NCBI GenBank assembly: GCA_050696815.1
Contig: JBOGYW010000002.1
Coordinates: forward strand, 1-58,008
Length of the DNA: 58,008 bases
From: Solirubrobacterales bacterium
Lineage (GTDB): Bacteria > Actinomycetota > Thermoleophilia > Solirubrobacterales > JACPNS01
Reading direction: 5' to 3'
Positions 43,913-53,700 of the stretch are shown here, one piece after another; the stretch's first letter is position 1, and each line of letters starts with the position of its first letter. Both the position numbers and the translations under genes were made by a program. The notes beneath the pieces are model-generated. The model was not told where the DNA came from. It saw nothing but the letters and a program-made list of their open reading frames with translations, and did not search any database.

Positions 43913-45436
43913 GTGACCGATAGCTATTACGTGGTTCGCAACCGCAACAATTTCCTGCTGGCCGTCGTAGTCGCGCTGACCGTGCTCGCAGCGATTCCGG
44001 TCAGCTCCTCGGCAGCTGAATCGCAGCGCACGACCTTCCTCTTCTCCCGCTCGGTCAACGGTGGTGTTCCGAACGGACCGTCACGCAACGGAACGCTCAC
44101 CCACGACCAGCGCATCGCGCGCATCGCGGCCTACGAGTCCGACGCCAGCAACATCGTCGCCGGCGACAGCAACGGCGTCACCGACGTCTTCTTCGTGCGC
44201 CGCGCAACACCATGGGGCAACAACGGCACGCCGTGGATCATGAGCCAGACCGAGTTGGCGTCGACAGGCCTCGCCGGCCAGCCCGCAAACGGACCTTCTT
44301 ACAAGCCGGCGCTCGACGGCTCTTCACACGCCAAGCCGAGCTGCATCGCCTTTGTGTCCGACGCCTCGAACCTCGTTCCCGGCGACACCAACGGCGTTGC
44401 CGACGCCTTCGTGCGCAACATCAACAGCGGCAAGATCACGCGTGTCTCCGTCAACAGCGACGGCAAGCAGGCGAACGGCCCGTCCTTCGAGGTCAGTCTC
44501 GACGGCGGCTGCGAGCGCGTGGCGTTCACGTCTTCGGCGACCAACCTTGGCCTCAACAACCCGAAGAAGCTGGGCTGGACCTCGGCGCGCACCGCAGGGT
44601 CGACCGGCGGTCACCGCCAGGTCTTCGTGCACGTGATCAAGGCAAGGGGCCTCGACAAGACCTTCAACGGAATGACCTTCGTCGCCTCGGCGAACGACAA
44701 GGGCAAGCCGGGCAACGGCGACAGCTACGAGCCAGGCTTCGCGCGTGCCGGCAAGGCCGTGACCTACACGTCGAATGCCAGCAACCTCGACCGCGGCGAC
44801 CGCAACGCCCAGAGCGACGTCTACGAACGCACCTTCATTCGCTTCTACACCCACGTAAAGGGCAAGGGCACCCAGGCGCTGAAGTTCGACACGCGCCTCG
44901 TCTCGGCGAACTCCGGCGGCAAGGCCGGCAACGGACCGTCGAGCCACTCGACTTCAACCGACGACGGCCGCTACATCTCATTCGAGACGATGGCTTCGAA
45001 CGTACTGCCGGGCGACGGCAACGGCGTCTCTGACGTCGCGCGCGCAGACATGAAGAAGAAGCGCGTCAAGCAGGACTGGGTTTCCAAGTCGATCGACGGT
45101 GCCGGCAACGGCGCGTCGAACCGCCCGGTGATCTCCGGCGCCGGTGAGTTCGTGCTGTTCGACAGCGACGCCAACAACCTGCGCCCCTCGACCGACGTCG
45201 CAATCGACGGCAACGGCGTGCGCGACATGTTCCTCTGGAACGCCCCGACCCGCCACGTGTCGCTGGAGTCACGCAACTGGGAGAACGGATACCTCGCGAA
45301 GGCGTCGGAGAACCCGGCCAGCAGCTCGCGTGGAAACTACGTGCTGTTCGAGTCGGCCGACAAGCAGATCGACGAGCTGATCAGCAACCTGACGGGCATC
45401 TCGCAGCTTTACATGCGTTACCTCGGCCCGCAGTAG
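43913..45436 (+). CDS. Secreted PD40/TolB-like beta-propeller repeat protein
   Basis: GGGGAG precedes GTG 43913; signal peptide present. Six to seven repeats of S-x-[DN]-G-x-x-x-x-F-x-S-x-A-x-N-L-V-x-G-D-x-N-G-x-x-D-V-F (e.g. CIAFVSDASNLVPGDTNGVADAFVR). Confidence 0.75.
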   Translation: MTDSYYVVRNRNNFLLAVVVALTVLAAIPVSSSAAESQRTTFLFSRSVNGGVPNGPSRNGTLTHDQRIARIAAYESDASNIVAGDSNGVTDVFFVRRATPWGNNGTPWIMSQTELASTGLAGQPANGPSYKPALDGSSHAKPSCIAFVSDASNLVPGDTNGVADAFVRNINSGKITRVSVNSDGKQANGPSFEVSLDGGCERVAFTSSATNLGLNNPKKLGWTSARTAGSTGGHRQVFVHVIKARGLDKTFNGMTFVASANDKGKPGNGDSYEPGFARAGKAVTYTSNASNLDRGDRNAQSDVYERTFIRFYTHVKGKGTQALKFDTRLVSANSGGKAGNGPSSHSTSTDDGRYISFETMASNVLPGDGNGVSDVARADMKKKRVKQDWVSKSIDGAGNGASNRPVISGAGEFVLFDSDANNLRPSTDVAIDGNGVRDMFLWNAPTRHVSLESRNWENGYLAKASENPASSSRGNYVLFESADKQIDELISNLTGISQLYMRYLGPQ

Positions 45437-45452
45437 CGGCGCCGGCTCCTAC

Positions 45453-46478
45453 CTAACGCGCGCGCGGATCGAAGCGCGCGACCTGATCGTCACGCGAGAG
45501 CGGCAGCCAGACGCGGTTGTCGTTGAAGTCCACACCGGTTGGAGCGTTGCCGATGCCGATCGGAAGGGCGTCGCGGCGGGCGGTCTTTGCGTCGATCCGC
45601 AGAAGCGTGTCGCCGTCGACGCTCGCCACCCAGATGCTGCCGCCGCCGGCCGTGATCGCCTGCGGGCGGATCGGCACGGGGATCGGCTTGCCGACGCGCT
45701 TGCCGGTTTTCAAGTCGATGCGCCAGACACTCGATGGCGGGATCCGCTGGCTGCCGCCGGTCAGCGCGGAGGGTCCGGCCTCGCCTGAGGTGTCGCGGGC
45801 GCTGGTGACCCAGAGGTAGCCGTCGCTCACGACCAGCGCGGTCGGCAGGCCGCCGACCTTGATCGGATCGCCGACCCGCTTGCCCGTCGTCGGGTCGATC
45901 TTGTCCACCAGTCCGTCGCGGATGTTCGCGACCCATACGTAGCCCGCGCCGGTCGCGACGCGGTACGGGGGGCCGCTCAGCTTGATGCGCTCACCGACGC
46001 GCTTGCCGGTGTCTGGATCGAGCTTGCTCAGGGACTGATTGCGGATCGATGTGACCCACTCGTAGCCAAAGCCGTGCGTAAGCCCGAACGGGCGGTTGTC
46101 GACCTTGATGCGATCGACCACCTTGCGCGTCGACGGGTCCACCCGCACCAGCTCGTCGTTCTGGAAGCCGGCGACCCAGACCTTGCCGAAGGCGACATCC
46201 AGCGCGTACGGCGCCGGGCTCGTGAACACCGGCTTCTTGCCGATCTTCCTGCCGGTCCGCGGGTCGAGCTTGGTCAGCACGCTGCCGGCCATGCTCGTGA
46301 CCCAGATTCCGCCTTCGCCGGCGGCGATCGCGATCGGCCGCTTCGGCACATCGGTCGTCTGCCCGGTGAACGGCAGTACGACGATCTCGGCGTCGTTGCG
46401 CACGGCGTGGCCGGGCTTGTCTTCGCCGCAGCCGGTCAGCATCGCCGCCACGACCAAGTAGAGAGCGAGGCGCTTCAT
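45453..46478 (-). CDS. Seven-bladed beta-propeller lipoprotein (NHL/Vgb-like repeats)
   Basis: Start moved to ATG 46478 (MKRLALYLVVAAMLTGC lipobox; ATGA overlap with the upstream gene). Seven repeats of P-x-x-[LIV]-x-x-G-x-G-x-[LIV]-W-V-[TA]-[SN]...D-P-x-T-G-K. Confidence 0.75.
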   Translation of the reverse strand: MKRLALYLVVAAMLTGCGEDKPGHAVRNDAEIVVLPFTGQTTDVPKRPIAIAAGEGGIWVTSMAGSVLTKLDPRTGRKIGKKPVFTSPAPYALDVAFGKVWVAGFQNDELVRVDPSTRKVVDRIKVDNRPFGLTHGFGYEWVTSIRNQSLSKLDPDTGKRVGERIKLSGPPYRVATGAGYVWVANIRDGLVDKIDPTTGKRVGDPIKVGGLPTALVVSDGYLWVTSARDTSGEAGPSALTGGSQRIPPSSVWRIDLKTGKRVGKPIPVPIRPQAITAGGGSIWVASVDGDTLLRIDAKTARRDALPIGIGNAPTGVDFNDNRVWLPLSRDDQVARFDPRAR

Positions 46479-48073
46479 TTGGCACCGCAGGTCGTGTAGA
46501 TGATCCACGCGCGGTTCTCGCCGCGGAACACAAAGTCAGGCTGCGCGAAACCGGTCCACGGCTTGCGCAGGGTGCGGTCGACGACGCTCATCTGCAACGG
46601 GTCGAGCGCGCTCGTCTGAATCATCTGCGTGCCCTGGGTCGGCGGACTGTTCAGCTGCGTGGTGGCCGGCACCTGCTTCTTCGGCAGGTCCAGCAGGTAG
46701 CGGATCACCGGAACCGACTCGTGGGTGAAGGCCGTCAATGGCAGGCAGCTCTCAACCTGCGCTCGGATCTTCGGCTTGTCGAGGATGTTGTAGATGCGGC
46801 TGAACTTCACCGACACCTCGTCGGTACTCGTGTTCAGGTGGCGGATGTTGTTCAGATAGCCCGGCGCGCGCACGAGCATCAGCGCGAGCGTGATCACCGC
46901 GAACCAGACACCGACCTTGCGCACCGTTCCCGTCAGCTGCACCCAGCCCACAAGCGAGAAGGCGACGCCAATGCAGAGCACGATCGACGGGATCACGAGG
47001 TAGCGCGAGATCACCGAGAGTCCGGCCACCGCGATCAAGAGGTAGGTGAAGACGCCGATCAGCGCCAGGGCGCTGAGCATCAGCATGCGGGCGCGCAGCG
47101 CGTAGATCGCCAGGCCCAGGCCCATCATGCCGGCGATTCCGTTGACGACCTTCTCGCTGCCGCCGATCAGCTTCGGCAGCGCTGCGATCGCGCCTGGCAG
47201 CGACTTCTGGCGGTTCAGCTCGGCGGCGACTTTGCTCGTCGAATTGATCGAGTACATCGGGTCGCCCGTGACGATCGCGTCCCAGACCAACCAGATCACA
47301 GGGGCCGAAATCACCAGCAAGGCGTAGCCGGCGAGCTGCGGCAACGTCGGGCGCTCACCGGGCAGATCCACGTCCGGCTTCACGTAGCCGAACGCCAGCC
47401 ACAACCAGTAAAGGCCCGCCAGCAGCCAGGCCTCGGGTCGCAGCAGCCCGCAGGCGGTCAGCAGGATCAGCGGCGCGAGTCCGCGGCGCGGCTTCTGCAG
47501 CTCGAGTACGACGGCCCAGACGACCATCGTCAGGAACGGGATGTCGAGCATCGAACGGAAAGCGAACGCCATCAAGTCGGTGCGCGTTAGCAGCACGAGC
47601 ACGCTGAAGAAGGCGACCAGCGTGCCGATCTTCAGCTTGACCATCTTGAAGACCCCGTAGAGCAGCCCGACGTAGAACGCGAGCGACAGGTACAGCACCA
47701 GCTGCACCGCGGCGCCGCCGGTCAGGCTGAGCACCGCCGTGTAGGCGTTGAACAGCGGGTGGGGCGTCGGCGTGTTGAAGACGTAGTAGTCCGGCAGGTG
47801 GCCGTGGCGGATCTCACTGCCCCAGATCAGCGCGTAGTACGTGTCGTAGTTGGGGAACAGCGGCCGGAAGATCGTGAAGCCGACGAGCAGCACGAAGAGG
47901 CCGATGAACAGGCTGTATTCGACCTTTTTATTCTCGAGTTTGGCGGTCAGCCAGTCGAGGGCGCCGACGATCCGGTCGCCGATGCGCGCGGAGAACGAAC
48001 GACCGGCGGCGCCGCTGCGGGCGCCGCCGGGAAGCTCAGGAGCGAGCGCTCCGGAACCTGATTCGCTCTTCAT
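46475..48073 (-). CDS. Polytopic membrane protein, possibly a GT-C type glycosyltransferase
   Basis: More than 10 hydrophobic segments and a soluble C-terminal ~110 aa. No signature I can name, so the functional call is weak. Confidence 0.5.
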   Translation of the reverse strand: MKSESGSGALAPELPGGARSGAAGRSFSARIGDRIVGALDWLTAKLENKKVEYSLFIGLFVLLVGFTIFRPLFPNYDTYYALIWGSEIRHGHLPDYYVFNTPTPHPLFNAYTAVLSLTGGAAVQLVLYLSLAFYVGLLYGVFKMVKLKIGTLVAFFSVLVLLTRTDLMAFAFRSMLDIPFLTMVVWAVVLELQKPRRGLAPLILLTACGLLRPEAWLLAGLYWLWLAFGYVKPDVDLPGERPTLPQLAGYALLVISAPVIWLVWDAIVTGDPMYSINSTSKVAAELNRQKSLPGAIAALPKLIGGSEKVVNGIAGMMGLGLAIYALRARMLMLSALALIGVFTYLLIAVAGLSVISRYLVIPSIVLCIGVAFSLVGWVQLTGTVRKVGVWFAVITLALMLVRAPGYLNNIRHLNTSTDEVSVKFSRIYNILDKPKIRAQVESCLPLTAFTHESVPVIRYLLDLPKKQVPATTQLNSPPTQGTQMIQTSALDPLQMSVVDRTLRKPWTGFAQPDFVFRGENRAWIIYTTCGAK

Positions 48074-48098
48074 TTCTTGAGTGTCGCTGGCGCGTCGG

Positions 48099-49253
48099 CT
48101 AGTTGAGGCGCTCGACGATCATCGCCATGCCCTGGCCGCCGGCAACGCACATCGACTCGAGGCCGATCTGCTTGTCGTTGGTCTCCAGGTTGTTCAGCAG
48201 CGTGCCCATGATGCGGGTACCGGTCATGCCGAACGGGTGGCCGATCGCAATCGCGCCGCCCTGCACGTTGAGCTTGTCGATCGGGATGTTCAGCTCGGCG
48301 ATACTCGGCAGAACCTGCGCGGCGAAGGCCTCGTTGATCTCGAAAAGGTCGACGTCATCGACCGTCATGTTTGCGGCCTTCAGCACCTTGTTGATCGCCG
48401 GGATCGGGCCGATGCCCATGTACTCCGGCGCCACGCCGGCGGCGCTGGAGGCAATGATCTTGGCGCGCGGCTTCAGGCCGAGCTCGGCGGCGCGGTCGCT
48501 GCTCATCACGAGCGAGGCAGCGGCGCCGTCATTCAGCGGGCAGGCGTTGCCTGCTGTGACCGTGCCGCCCTCCGGCTTGAACACCGGGTTGAGGCCGGCG
48601 AGCTTCTCCACGGTGGTGCCGGCACGCGGGCCGTCGTCTTTGCTGACGACGGTGCCGTCGGCCGTGGTGTACGGCGTGATCTCGCGGTCGAAGAAGCCGT
48701 TCTCCTGGCCCTCGCAGGCGAGCTGCTGACTGCGGGCGGCGAAGGCGTCCTGGTCCTCACGCGAAACGCCGTAGCGCTCGGCGACGTTCTCGGCCGTGAT
48801 GCCCATCGGGATGTAGACGTTCCAGAGCGCGCCCTCGGAGCCGTCGAGCTTTGAGTGCATCTTGAAGTCCGGGTTGCCCGCGGCGCGGCTGGAAGCCTCG
48901 ATGCCACCGGCCAGGTAGGTGTCGCCGTCGCCGGTCTGGATCGCGTTGGCGGCGGCGCGAATGCTCTGCAGCGAGCTGGCGCAGAAACGCGTGACGGTGT
49001 GACCCGCGACGGTCTCCGGCAGGCCGGCCAGCAACCAGGCGTTGCGGCCGATGTTGTAGCCCTGCTCGTTGTCGGGGAAGCCACAGCCCATGATCACTTC
49101 GTCGTAAGTGTCGGGCGCAACCTGCGGGTACTTGTCGACAAGGGTCTTAACTGCGAATGCCGCGAGGTCCTCCGAACGCTCACCGGCCAGCGAGCCCTTG
49201 AAGGCGCGGCCGATCGGGGTGCGGACGACATCGACGATTACTGCATCTGGCAT
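48099..49253 (-). CDS. Acetyl-CoA C-acyltransferase (thiolase)
   Basis: VTRFCASSLQSI (active-site Cys), NVYIPMGITAE, GNACPLNDGAAA, NEAFAAQ, GGAIAIGHPFGMTGTR, CVAGGQGMAMIVE. Confidence 0.92.
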   Translation of the reverse strand: MPDAVIVDVVRTPIGRAFKGSLAGERSEDLAAFAVKTLVDKYPQVAPDTYDEVIMGCGFPDNEQGYNIGRNAWLLAGLPETVAGHTVTRFCASSLQSIRAAANAIQTGDGDTYLAGGIEASSRAAGNPDFKMHSKLDGSEGALWNVYIPMGITAENVAERYGVSREDQDAFAARSQQLACEGQENGFFDREITPYTTADGTVVSKDDGPRAGTTVEKLAGLNPVFKPEGGTVTAGNACPLNDGAAASLVMSSDRAAELGLKPRAKIIASSAAGVAPEYMGIGPIPAINKVLKAANMTVDDVDLFEINEAFAAQVLPSIAELNIPIDKLNVQGGAIAIGHPFGMTGTRIMGTLLNNLETNDKQIGLESMCVAGGQGMAMIVERLN

Positions 49254-49334
49254 TGAAAACGCTCCTTGCGGGGGTGGATTCTGACCGTGAAATCTGCGCG
49301 CAAAGGGTATCGCGCACGGTCGTTCGGCCGGCGG

Positions 49335-50459
49335 TTAGGCCGGCGCGCCGACCGGGGCCACGCCGAGGCCCTGCAGCAGCAGCTCGCGGTTGAAGCTCGT
49401 GTCGCCGAGCAGTGCGCGAGAGGCGGTGGCGCGGCGGTAGTAGTAGTGGGCTTCGTGTTCGTAGGTGAAGCCGATGCCGCCGTGAAGCTGGATGTTCGCG
49501 CGGGCGGTCTCCCAGAAGGTCTCGGCCACCTGGGCCTTGGCGAGCGGCGCGATCGCCGGCAGCTCCTCGCGCTTGGCGGCGGCGACCCAGCCGGCGTAGT
49601 ACGCCGCGCTGCGTGACGCCTCGACGCCCATCAGCAGGTCGGCGCAGATGTGCTTGACGGCCTGGAAGCTCGCGATCGGCTTGCCGAACTGGAAGCGGTC
49701 CTTGGTGTATTCGAGGGCCGTGTCGAAGCAGTGCTGGGCCGCGCCCAGGGACTCGGCGGCGAGCGCCACCGATGCGAGCTGCATCGTTGTTGCGAGCGTT
49801 GACCTTCCGTCGCCGATCGCTGCCGAAGCGGGTACGCGTACATCGCCGAACTCAAGCGTCGCGAGCTTGCGAGTCTCATCGACGGCGTGCGCCGGAGTAC
49901 GAGTCAGCCCCGCAGCGTCGCCAGGGACGGCAAGCAGAACGACGTCGCCGTCCACCTGAGCGACCACGACGATCGCGTCAGCCGTGTGGCCATCGATCAC
50001 GTAGTCCTGGGTGCCGCCGATCACGTAGTCGTCGTCGTCGCGCTTCGCGCTCAGCTTCACGTCGGGCGCGGTGTAGGCGAGCGTCGCGGTCTTCTCGCCC
50101 GACGCGATCGCGGCCAACAGCGCGGCATTGTCGTCGGACAAAGGCCTGGCCTTCGATCCCTCAATCAACGCGTTCGCGGCCAAGCAGACGCTTGCAAAGA
50201 ACGGTGAGGGGTACAAAGACCCGCCCATCTGTTCCAAAACCACGACGAGTTCGACGTAGCCAAGCCCCACGCCGCCGAACTCTTCCGGCACGTGCAGGCC
50301 GGTCCAGCCGAGCTCGGCGATGTGCGCGTAGTCGGCGCGGTCGAAGCCCTCGGCGGTTTCGGAGAGCTCAACCACCCGGTCGAGCTTCGCCGTCTCCTCC
50401 ATCAAGCGCTTCGCGCTCGCCTGGATCTCGCGCTGCTCGTCGTTGAATGCGAAGTCCAC
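49335..50459 (-). CDS. Acyl-CoA dehydrogenase family protein (shorter partner of an adjacent pair)
   Basis: ACAD N/M/C layout: WTGLHVPEEFGG...QFGKPIASFQAVKH...IQLHGGIGFTYEH. Confidence 0.8.
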   Translation of the reverse strand: MDFAFNDEQREIQASAKRLMEETAKLDRVVELSETAEGFDRADYAHIAELGWTGLHVPEEFGGVGLGYVELVVVLEQMGGSLYPSPFFASVCLAANALIEGSKARPLSDDNAALLAAIASGEKTATLAYTAPDVKLSAKRDDDDYVIGGTQDYVIDGHTADAIVVVAQVDGDVVLLAVPGDAAGLTRTPAHAVDETRKLATLEFGDVRVPASAAIGDGRSTLATTMQLASVALAAESLGAAQHCFDTALEYTKDRFQFGKPIASFQAVKHICADLLMGVEASRSAAYYAGWVAAAKREELPAIAPLAKAQVAETFWETARANIQLHGGIGFTYEHEAHYYYRRATASRALLGDTSFNRELLLQGLGVAPVGAPA

Positions 50460-50461
50460 GC

Positions 50462-51706
50462 TCAGCCACCCTTCTTGATCTCTGCGAACGGCATCTCGGC
50501 GTCCGTGCGCGGCTCTTTCGGCATGCCGAGCACGCGCTCAGAGATGATGTTGCGCTGGATCTGGTCGGTGCCGCCGTAGATCGAAGTCGCGGGCACGACC
50601 AGGTTCAAACGCTCGGCGACCTTCAAAAGCTTGTCGTCCTCGGGCGCGCCGAGCGCGCCAACACCGGCGATCTTGATCATGTAGTCGGCGACCGCGCGCA
50701 CCAGCAGGTTGTAAGCAAGCTTGCCGGTCGAGGCTTCGACGCCCGGGCCCTGGCCCTTCATCAACGCCGTCGTAACGCGGTATCCCGTGAAGCGGTTGAC
50801 CTCGTACATCGTGTACACCCGCGCCAGCTCGTCGCGGACCAGCGGATCACCGATCACGCCGGCGCGCTCGGTCAGCTCGATCAGCGCGCGCGGGCCGCGG
50901 GCGATGAACTTGCCCATCGTCTCCAGCGAAGACTCCGCGTCGGCCTCTTCCAGATCGACCGCTGCGTCCTCGTCGGATCCGCCGAGCCCGCCGAGGCCCA
51001 GCGCCATGCGCTCGTTGGCCAGCGTCGTCATCGACACCTTCCAGCCCTCGCCAATCGCGCCAACCCGCAGGTCGTCGCTGATCTCGACGTCGTTCAGAAA
51101 AACCTCGTTGAAGACCGCCTCGCCGGTCATCTCCTTCAGCGGCACGATCTCCACACCCTCGGCCTGCATGTCGCAGATGAAGTAGGTGATGCCCGCGTGC
51201 TTAGGCAGAGCGGGATCGTGGCGCGCCATCAGGATTCCCCAGCGCGCGAGCTGCGCGTGCGTGGTCCAGACCTTCTGGCCGGTGACCTTCCACGTGTCGC
51301 CGTCCTGCACGGCCCGCGTCTGGATCGCGGCAAGGTCAGAGCCCGCGCCGGGCTCGCTGAAGAGCTGGCACCAGATCTCCTCGCCACGCAGCATCGGCTT
51401 GAGGAAGCGCTGCTTCTGCTCCTCGGTGCCGTGGGAGATGATCGTCGGCCCGGCCATCGGCACGCCGATCCCGCGTGGCGGCGGCTCGGCGCCGATCTTC
51501 TGGCGCTCCTGGTTGAAGATGATCGCCTCGGAGGCGCTGGCACCGCGGCCGCCGTACTGCTCAGGCCACAGCGGCGCCGCCCAGCCGGCGTCGGCGAGAA
51601 TCCCGAACCAGTCTTCTTGGCTCAGCGAATCCTTCCAGTTGGCCTCGAGCCAACCGCGGATTTCCTCACGGAGTTTCGCCTCCCCGGGCGTGTCACGCAA
51701 GTCCAT
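50462..51706 (-). CDS. Acyl-CoA dehydrogenase family protein (longer partner)
   Basis: WPEQYGGRGAS...WCQLFSEPGAGSDLAA...DTWKVTGQKVWTT...SIYGGTDQIQRNIISERVLG. 2-nt gap to the next ACAD gene. Confidence 0.82.
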   Translation of the reverse strand: MDLRDTPGEAKLREEIRGWLEANWKDSLSQEDWFGILADAGWAAPLWPEQYGGRGASASEAIIFNQERQKIGAEPPPRGIGVPMAGPTIISHGTEEQKQRFLKPMLRGEEIWCQLFSEPGAGSDLAAIQTRAVQDGDTWKVTGQKVWTTHAQLARWGILMARHDPALPKHAGITYFICDMQAEGVEIVPLKEMTGEAVFNEVFLNDVEISDDLRVGAIGEGWKVSMTTLANERMALGLGGLGGSDEDAAVDLEEADAESSLETMGKFIARGPRALIELTERAGVIGDPLVRDELARVYTMYEVNRFTGYRVTTALMKGQGPGVEASTGKLAYNLLVRAVADYMIKIAGVGALGAPEDDKLLKVAERLNLVVPATSIYGGTDQIQRNIISERVLGMPKEPRTDAEMPFAEIKKGG

Positions 51707-51730
51707 TGGCGCGGAGTGTAATAAGGCCGA

Positions 51731-52600
51731 TCAGGTTGCCGCGAGCTCGGCAATCGCCTCGGCCAAGGCCGGGGCCTGATCCTCTTGCAGAAAGTGCTTG
51801 CCGGGGACCTCGATGTAGCGGGCGTCGGCCAGGATCTCGCGCGCCTCACGCCCCTGTTTCGCGGCGCGCAGAGCCGTGTCGCGCGCGCCCCAGACAATCT
51901 GCTTCGGATACTCCGCCGCCTGCAGGGCGCCGGTGTACAGACGTTCCTTCTCGGCAGTTGGCTCGAACCCGCGCATGATCTTCAGGAACGCTTTGCCGCG
52001 GTCTCCGCGCTTCAGCAACCGCGCGTAGGCCCGTAATTCCGCGGTCGGTGTGGCCGCGCGGTTCTGAATGCCCTGCATCCACATCAGCGGCACGATCGTC
52101 AGCTCATTCATCGAACCAACCCACAGCTCACCTGCTCCGCGCACACCGAACGGGCGCATCACCGGCGGCTTGCGGAAACCGTCGACCTTGATCAAGGTGT
52201 TCAGCACGGTCAGCGAAAGCACTCGCTCGGGAACCGCTGCCGCAATCTCGAATCCGACCGGGCCGCCGATGTCGTGGACCACCAGATGAAACCGCTCGAG
52301 CCCGAGCGCATCGATCGCCGCCAACGAAAACCGGCCGAGGCCGCTCCAGCTGTAGTCGTAGTCGGGCGGACGTTCGGCGAGGCCGAGCCCGGGAAGGTCG
52401 AAGGCGACGCCGCGCAGCCCGCGCGCAGGCAGTTCGCTGATCACCTTGCGATAGAGAAACGCCGATGCGGGAACGCCGTGCATCAGCAAGACCGGATCGC
52501 CGTCGCCTTCGTCAACGACGAAGCTCTTCACTCCATCGGCGCTGAAATAGCGCCCGCGCGCCTCCCAGCGCTCGACGACTTCGCGGCCTGCCCGGCTCAT
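51731..52600 (-). CDS. Alpha/beta hydrolase (haloalkane-dehalogenase / epoxide-hydrolase type)
   Basis: DPVLLMHGVPASAFLYRKV...FHLVVHDIGGPVGF (Asp nucleophile elbow H-D-x-G-G)...GKHFLQED. Confidence 0.8.
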   Translation of the reverse strand: MSRAGREVVERWEARGRYFSADGVKSFVVDEGDGDPVLLMHGVPASAFLYRKVISELPARGLRGVAFDLPGLGLAERPPDYDYSWSGLGRFSLAAIDALGLERFHLVVHDIGGPVGFEIAAAVPERVLSLTVLNTLIKVDGFRKPPVMRPFGVRGAGELWVGSMNELTIVPLMWMQGIQNRAATPTAELRAYARLLKRGDRGKAFLKIMRGFEPTAEKERLYTGALQAAEYPKQIVWGARDTALRAAKQGREAREILADARYIEVPGKHFLQEDQAPALAEAIAELAAT

Positions 52601-53262
52601 GCCAACGCGTCGAACTCTGTCGTGCGGATCGGTTCGAGATCGTCGGCGGCCGTCGGCTCGATCAAGTGTGCGCAGTCGTTCAGCCGCACGATCCGGCCGG
52701 TGCCGTCGGGCTCAACAATGAACTCGGTGATTGAGGCGTTGCCGATCGACATGATGCGACCCAGTTCCGAGGCCGGCATTCCGAGCAGGTGGCAGGTAGC
52801 CAAGCGAATGCAGCCGCCGTGCGTCACTGCGACCACGGTCTGGCCGTCGTGCGCGCTCGCCAGGTCGGCCAGCGCGCCGGCCACGCGGACCATCGCGTCG
52901 GCGTAGCGCTCGCCGCCCTCCCAGCCCTCGATGCCTTCAACGCGCCAGCGGCGCCAAACGCCTGGGTCCTGCGCCTCAAGCTCGTCTCGCGAGACGCCGG
53001 TCCAAGAACCGAGGTCGACCTCGCGCAGGTCTTGACGCGGCTCGACCGGCAGGCGCACGTTGTCGGCCAGCGCCCGCGCAGTGTCCATCGCGCGCTGAAG
53101 ATCCGAGGCCACGATCACGTCGATCTCCTCATCGACCAGTCGCCCGGCCATGCGCGCGGCCTGGCGGCGTCCGAGCTCCGATAGCGGCGGGTCGGCCTGC
53201 CCTTGCAGCAGGCCCGACGCGTTCCACTCGCTCTCTCCGTGGCGTACGAGAAGCAGTCTCAC
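52597..53262 (-). CDS. Histidine phosphatase (phosphoglycerate-mutase-like) family protein
   Basis: MRLLLVRHGESEWNASGLLQGQADPPLSELGRRQA...VAVTHGG. Confidence 0.85.
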   Translation of the reverse strand: MRLLLVRHGESEWNASGLLQGQADPPLSELGRRQAARMAGRLVDEEIDVIVASDLQRAMDTARALADNVRLPVEPRQDLREVDLGSWTGVSRDELEAQDPGVWRRWRVEGIEGWEGGERYADAMVRVAGALADLASAHDGQTVVAVTHGGCIRLATCHLLGMPASELGRIMSIGNASITEFIVEPDGTGRIVRLNDCAHLIEPTAADDLEPIRTTEFDALA

Positions 53263-53654
53263 TCGAGTGAGATTACGTCGAGCGGCACGCCGAGCTCGTC
53301 TCGGATCGCATCGTCGAACGCGGTCGGGTCGGGAATCGCGTCGTTCGGGTTGTGGTGCGCGATCACCACCCCTTCGGCGCTGTGGCTACGTCCCGACTCG
53401 ACGATCTCGGTCTCGAGGTCGTCGCCCGGCAGCCACTCATGTTCCAGCGCGACGCCCTCGCCGCGCAGCGCGTCGACGCGCTTGTCGAGCGTCTCGAGGT
53501 AGCCGTCGCCGTCGATCGAACGCTCGTCGCCCCAGCGTGAGACGTTCGGCGTCAGCAAGACGAAATCGCTGGTGCTGTCCAGCGAGCGGATCCGCGCGTC
53601 ATCCAGCACCGCGGCCAGTGTGTCGTCGTCGAATGCCACCAGAACCCAGGTCAT
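53259..53654 (-). CDS. Hypothetical acidic protein (131 aa)
   Basis: First gene of the co-directional run, with a 4-nt overlap onto the next gene. Coding-like composition but no recognisable motif. Confidence 0.5.
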   Translation of the reverse strand: MTWVLVAFDDDTLAAVLDDARIRSLDSTSDFVLLTPNVSRWGDERSIDGDGYLETLDKRVDALRGEGVALEHEWLPGDDLETEIVESGRSHSAEGVVIAHHNPNDAIPDPTAFDDAIRDELGVPLDVISLE

Positions 53655-53700
53655 AGCCCGATCATAAAGACGAACCGGCGAGGATGCCGCGCCGGCCCGC

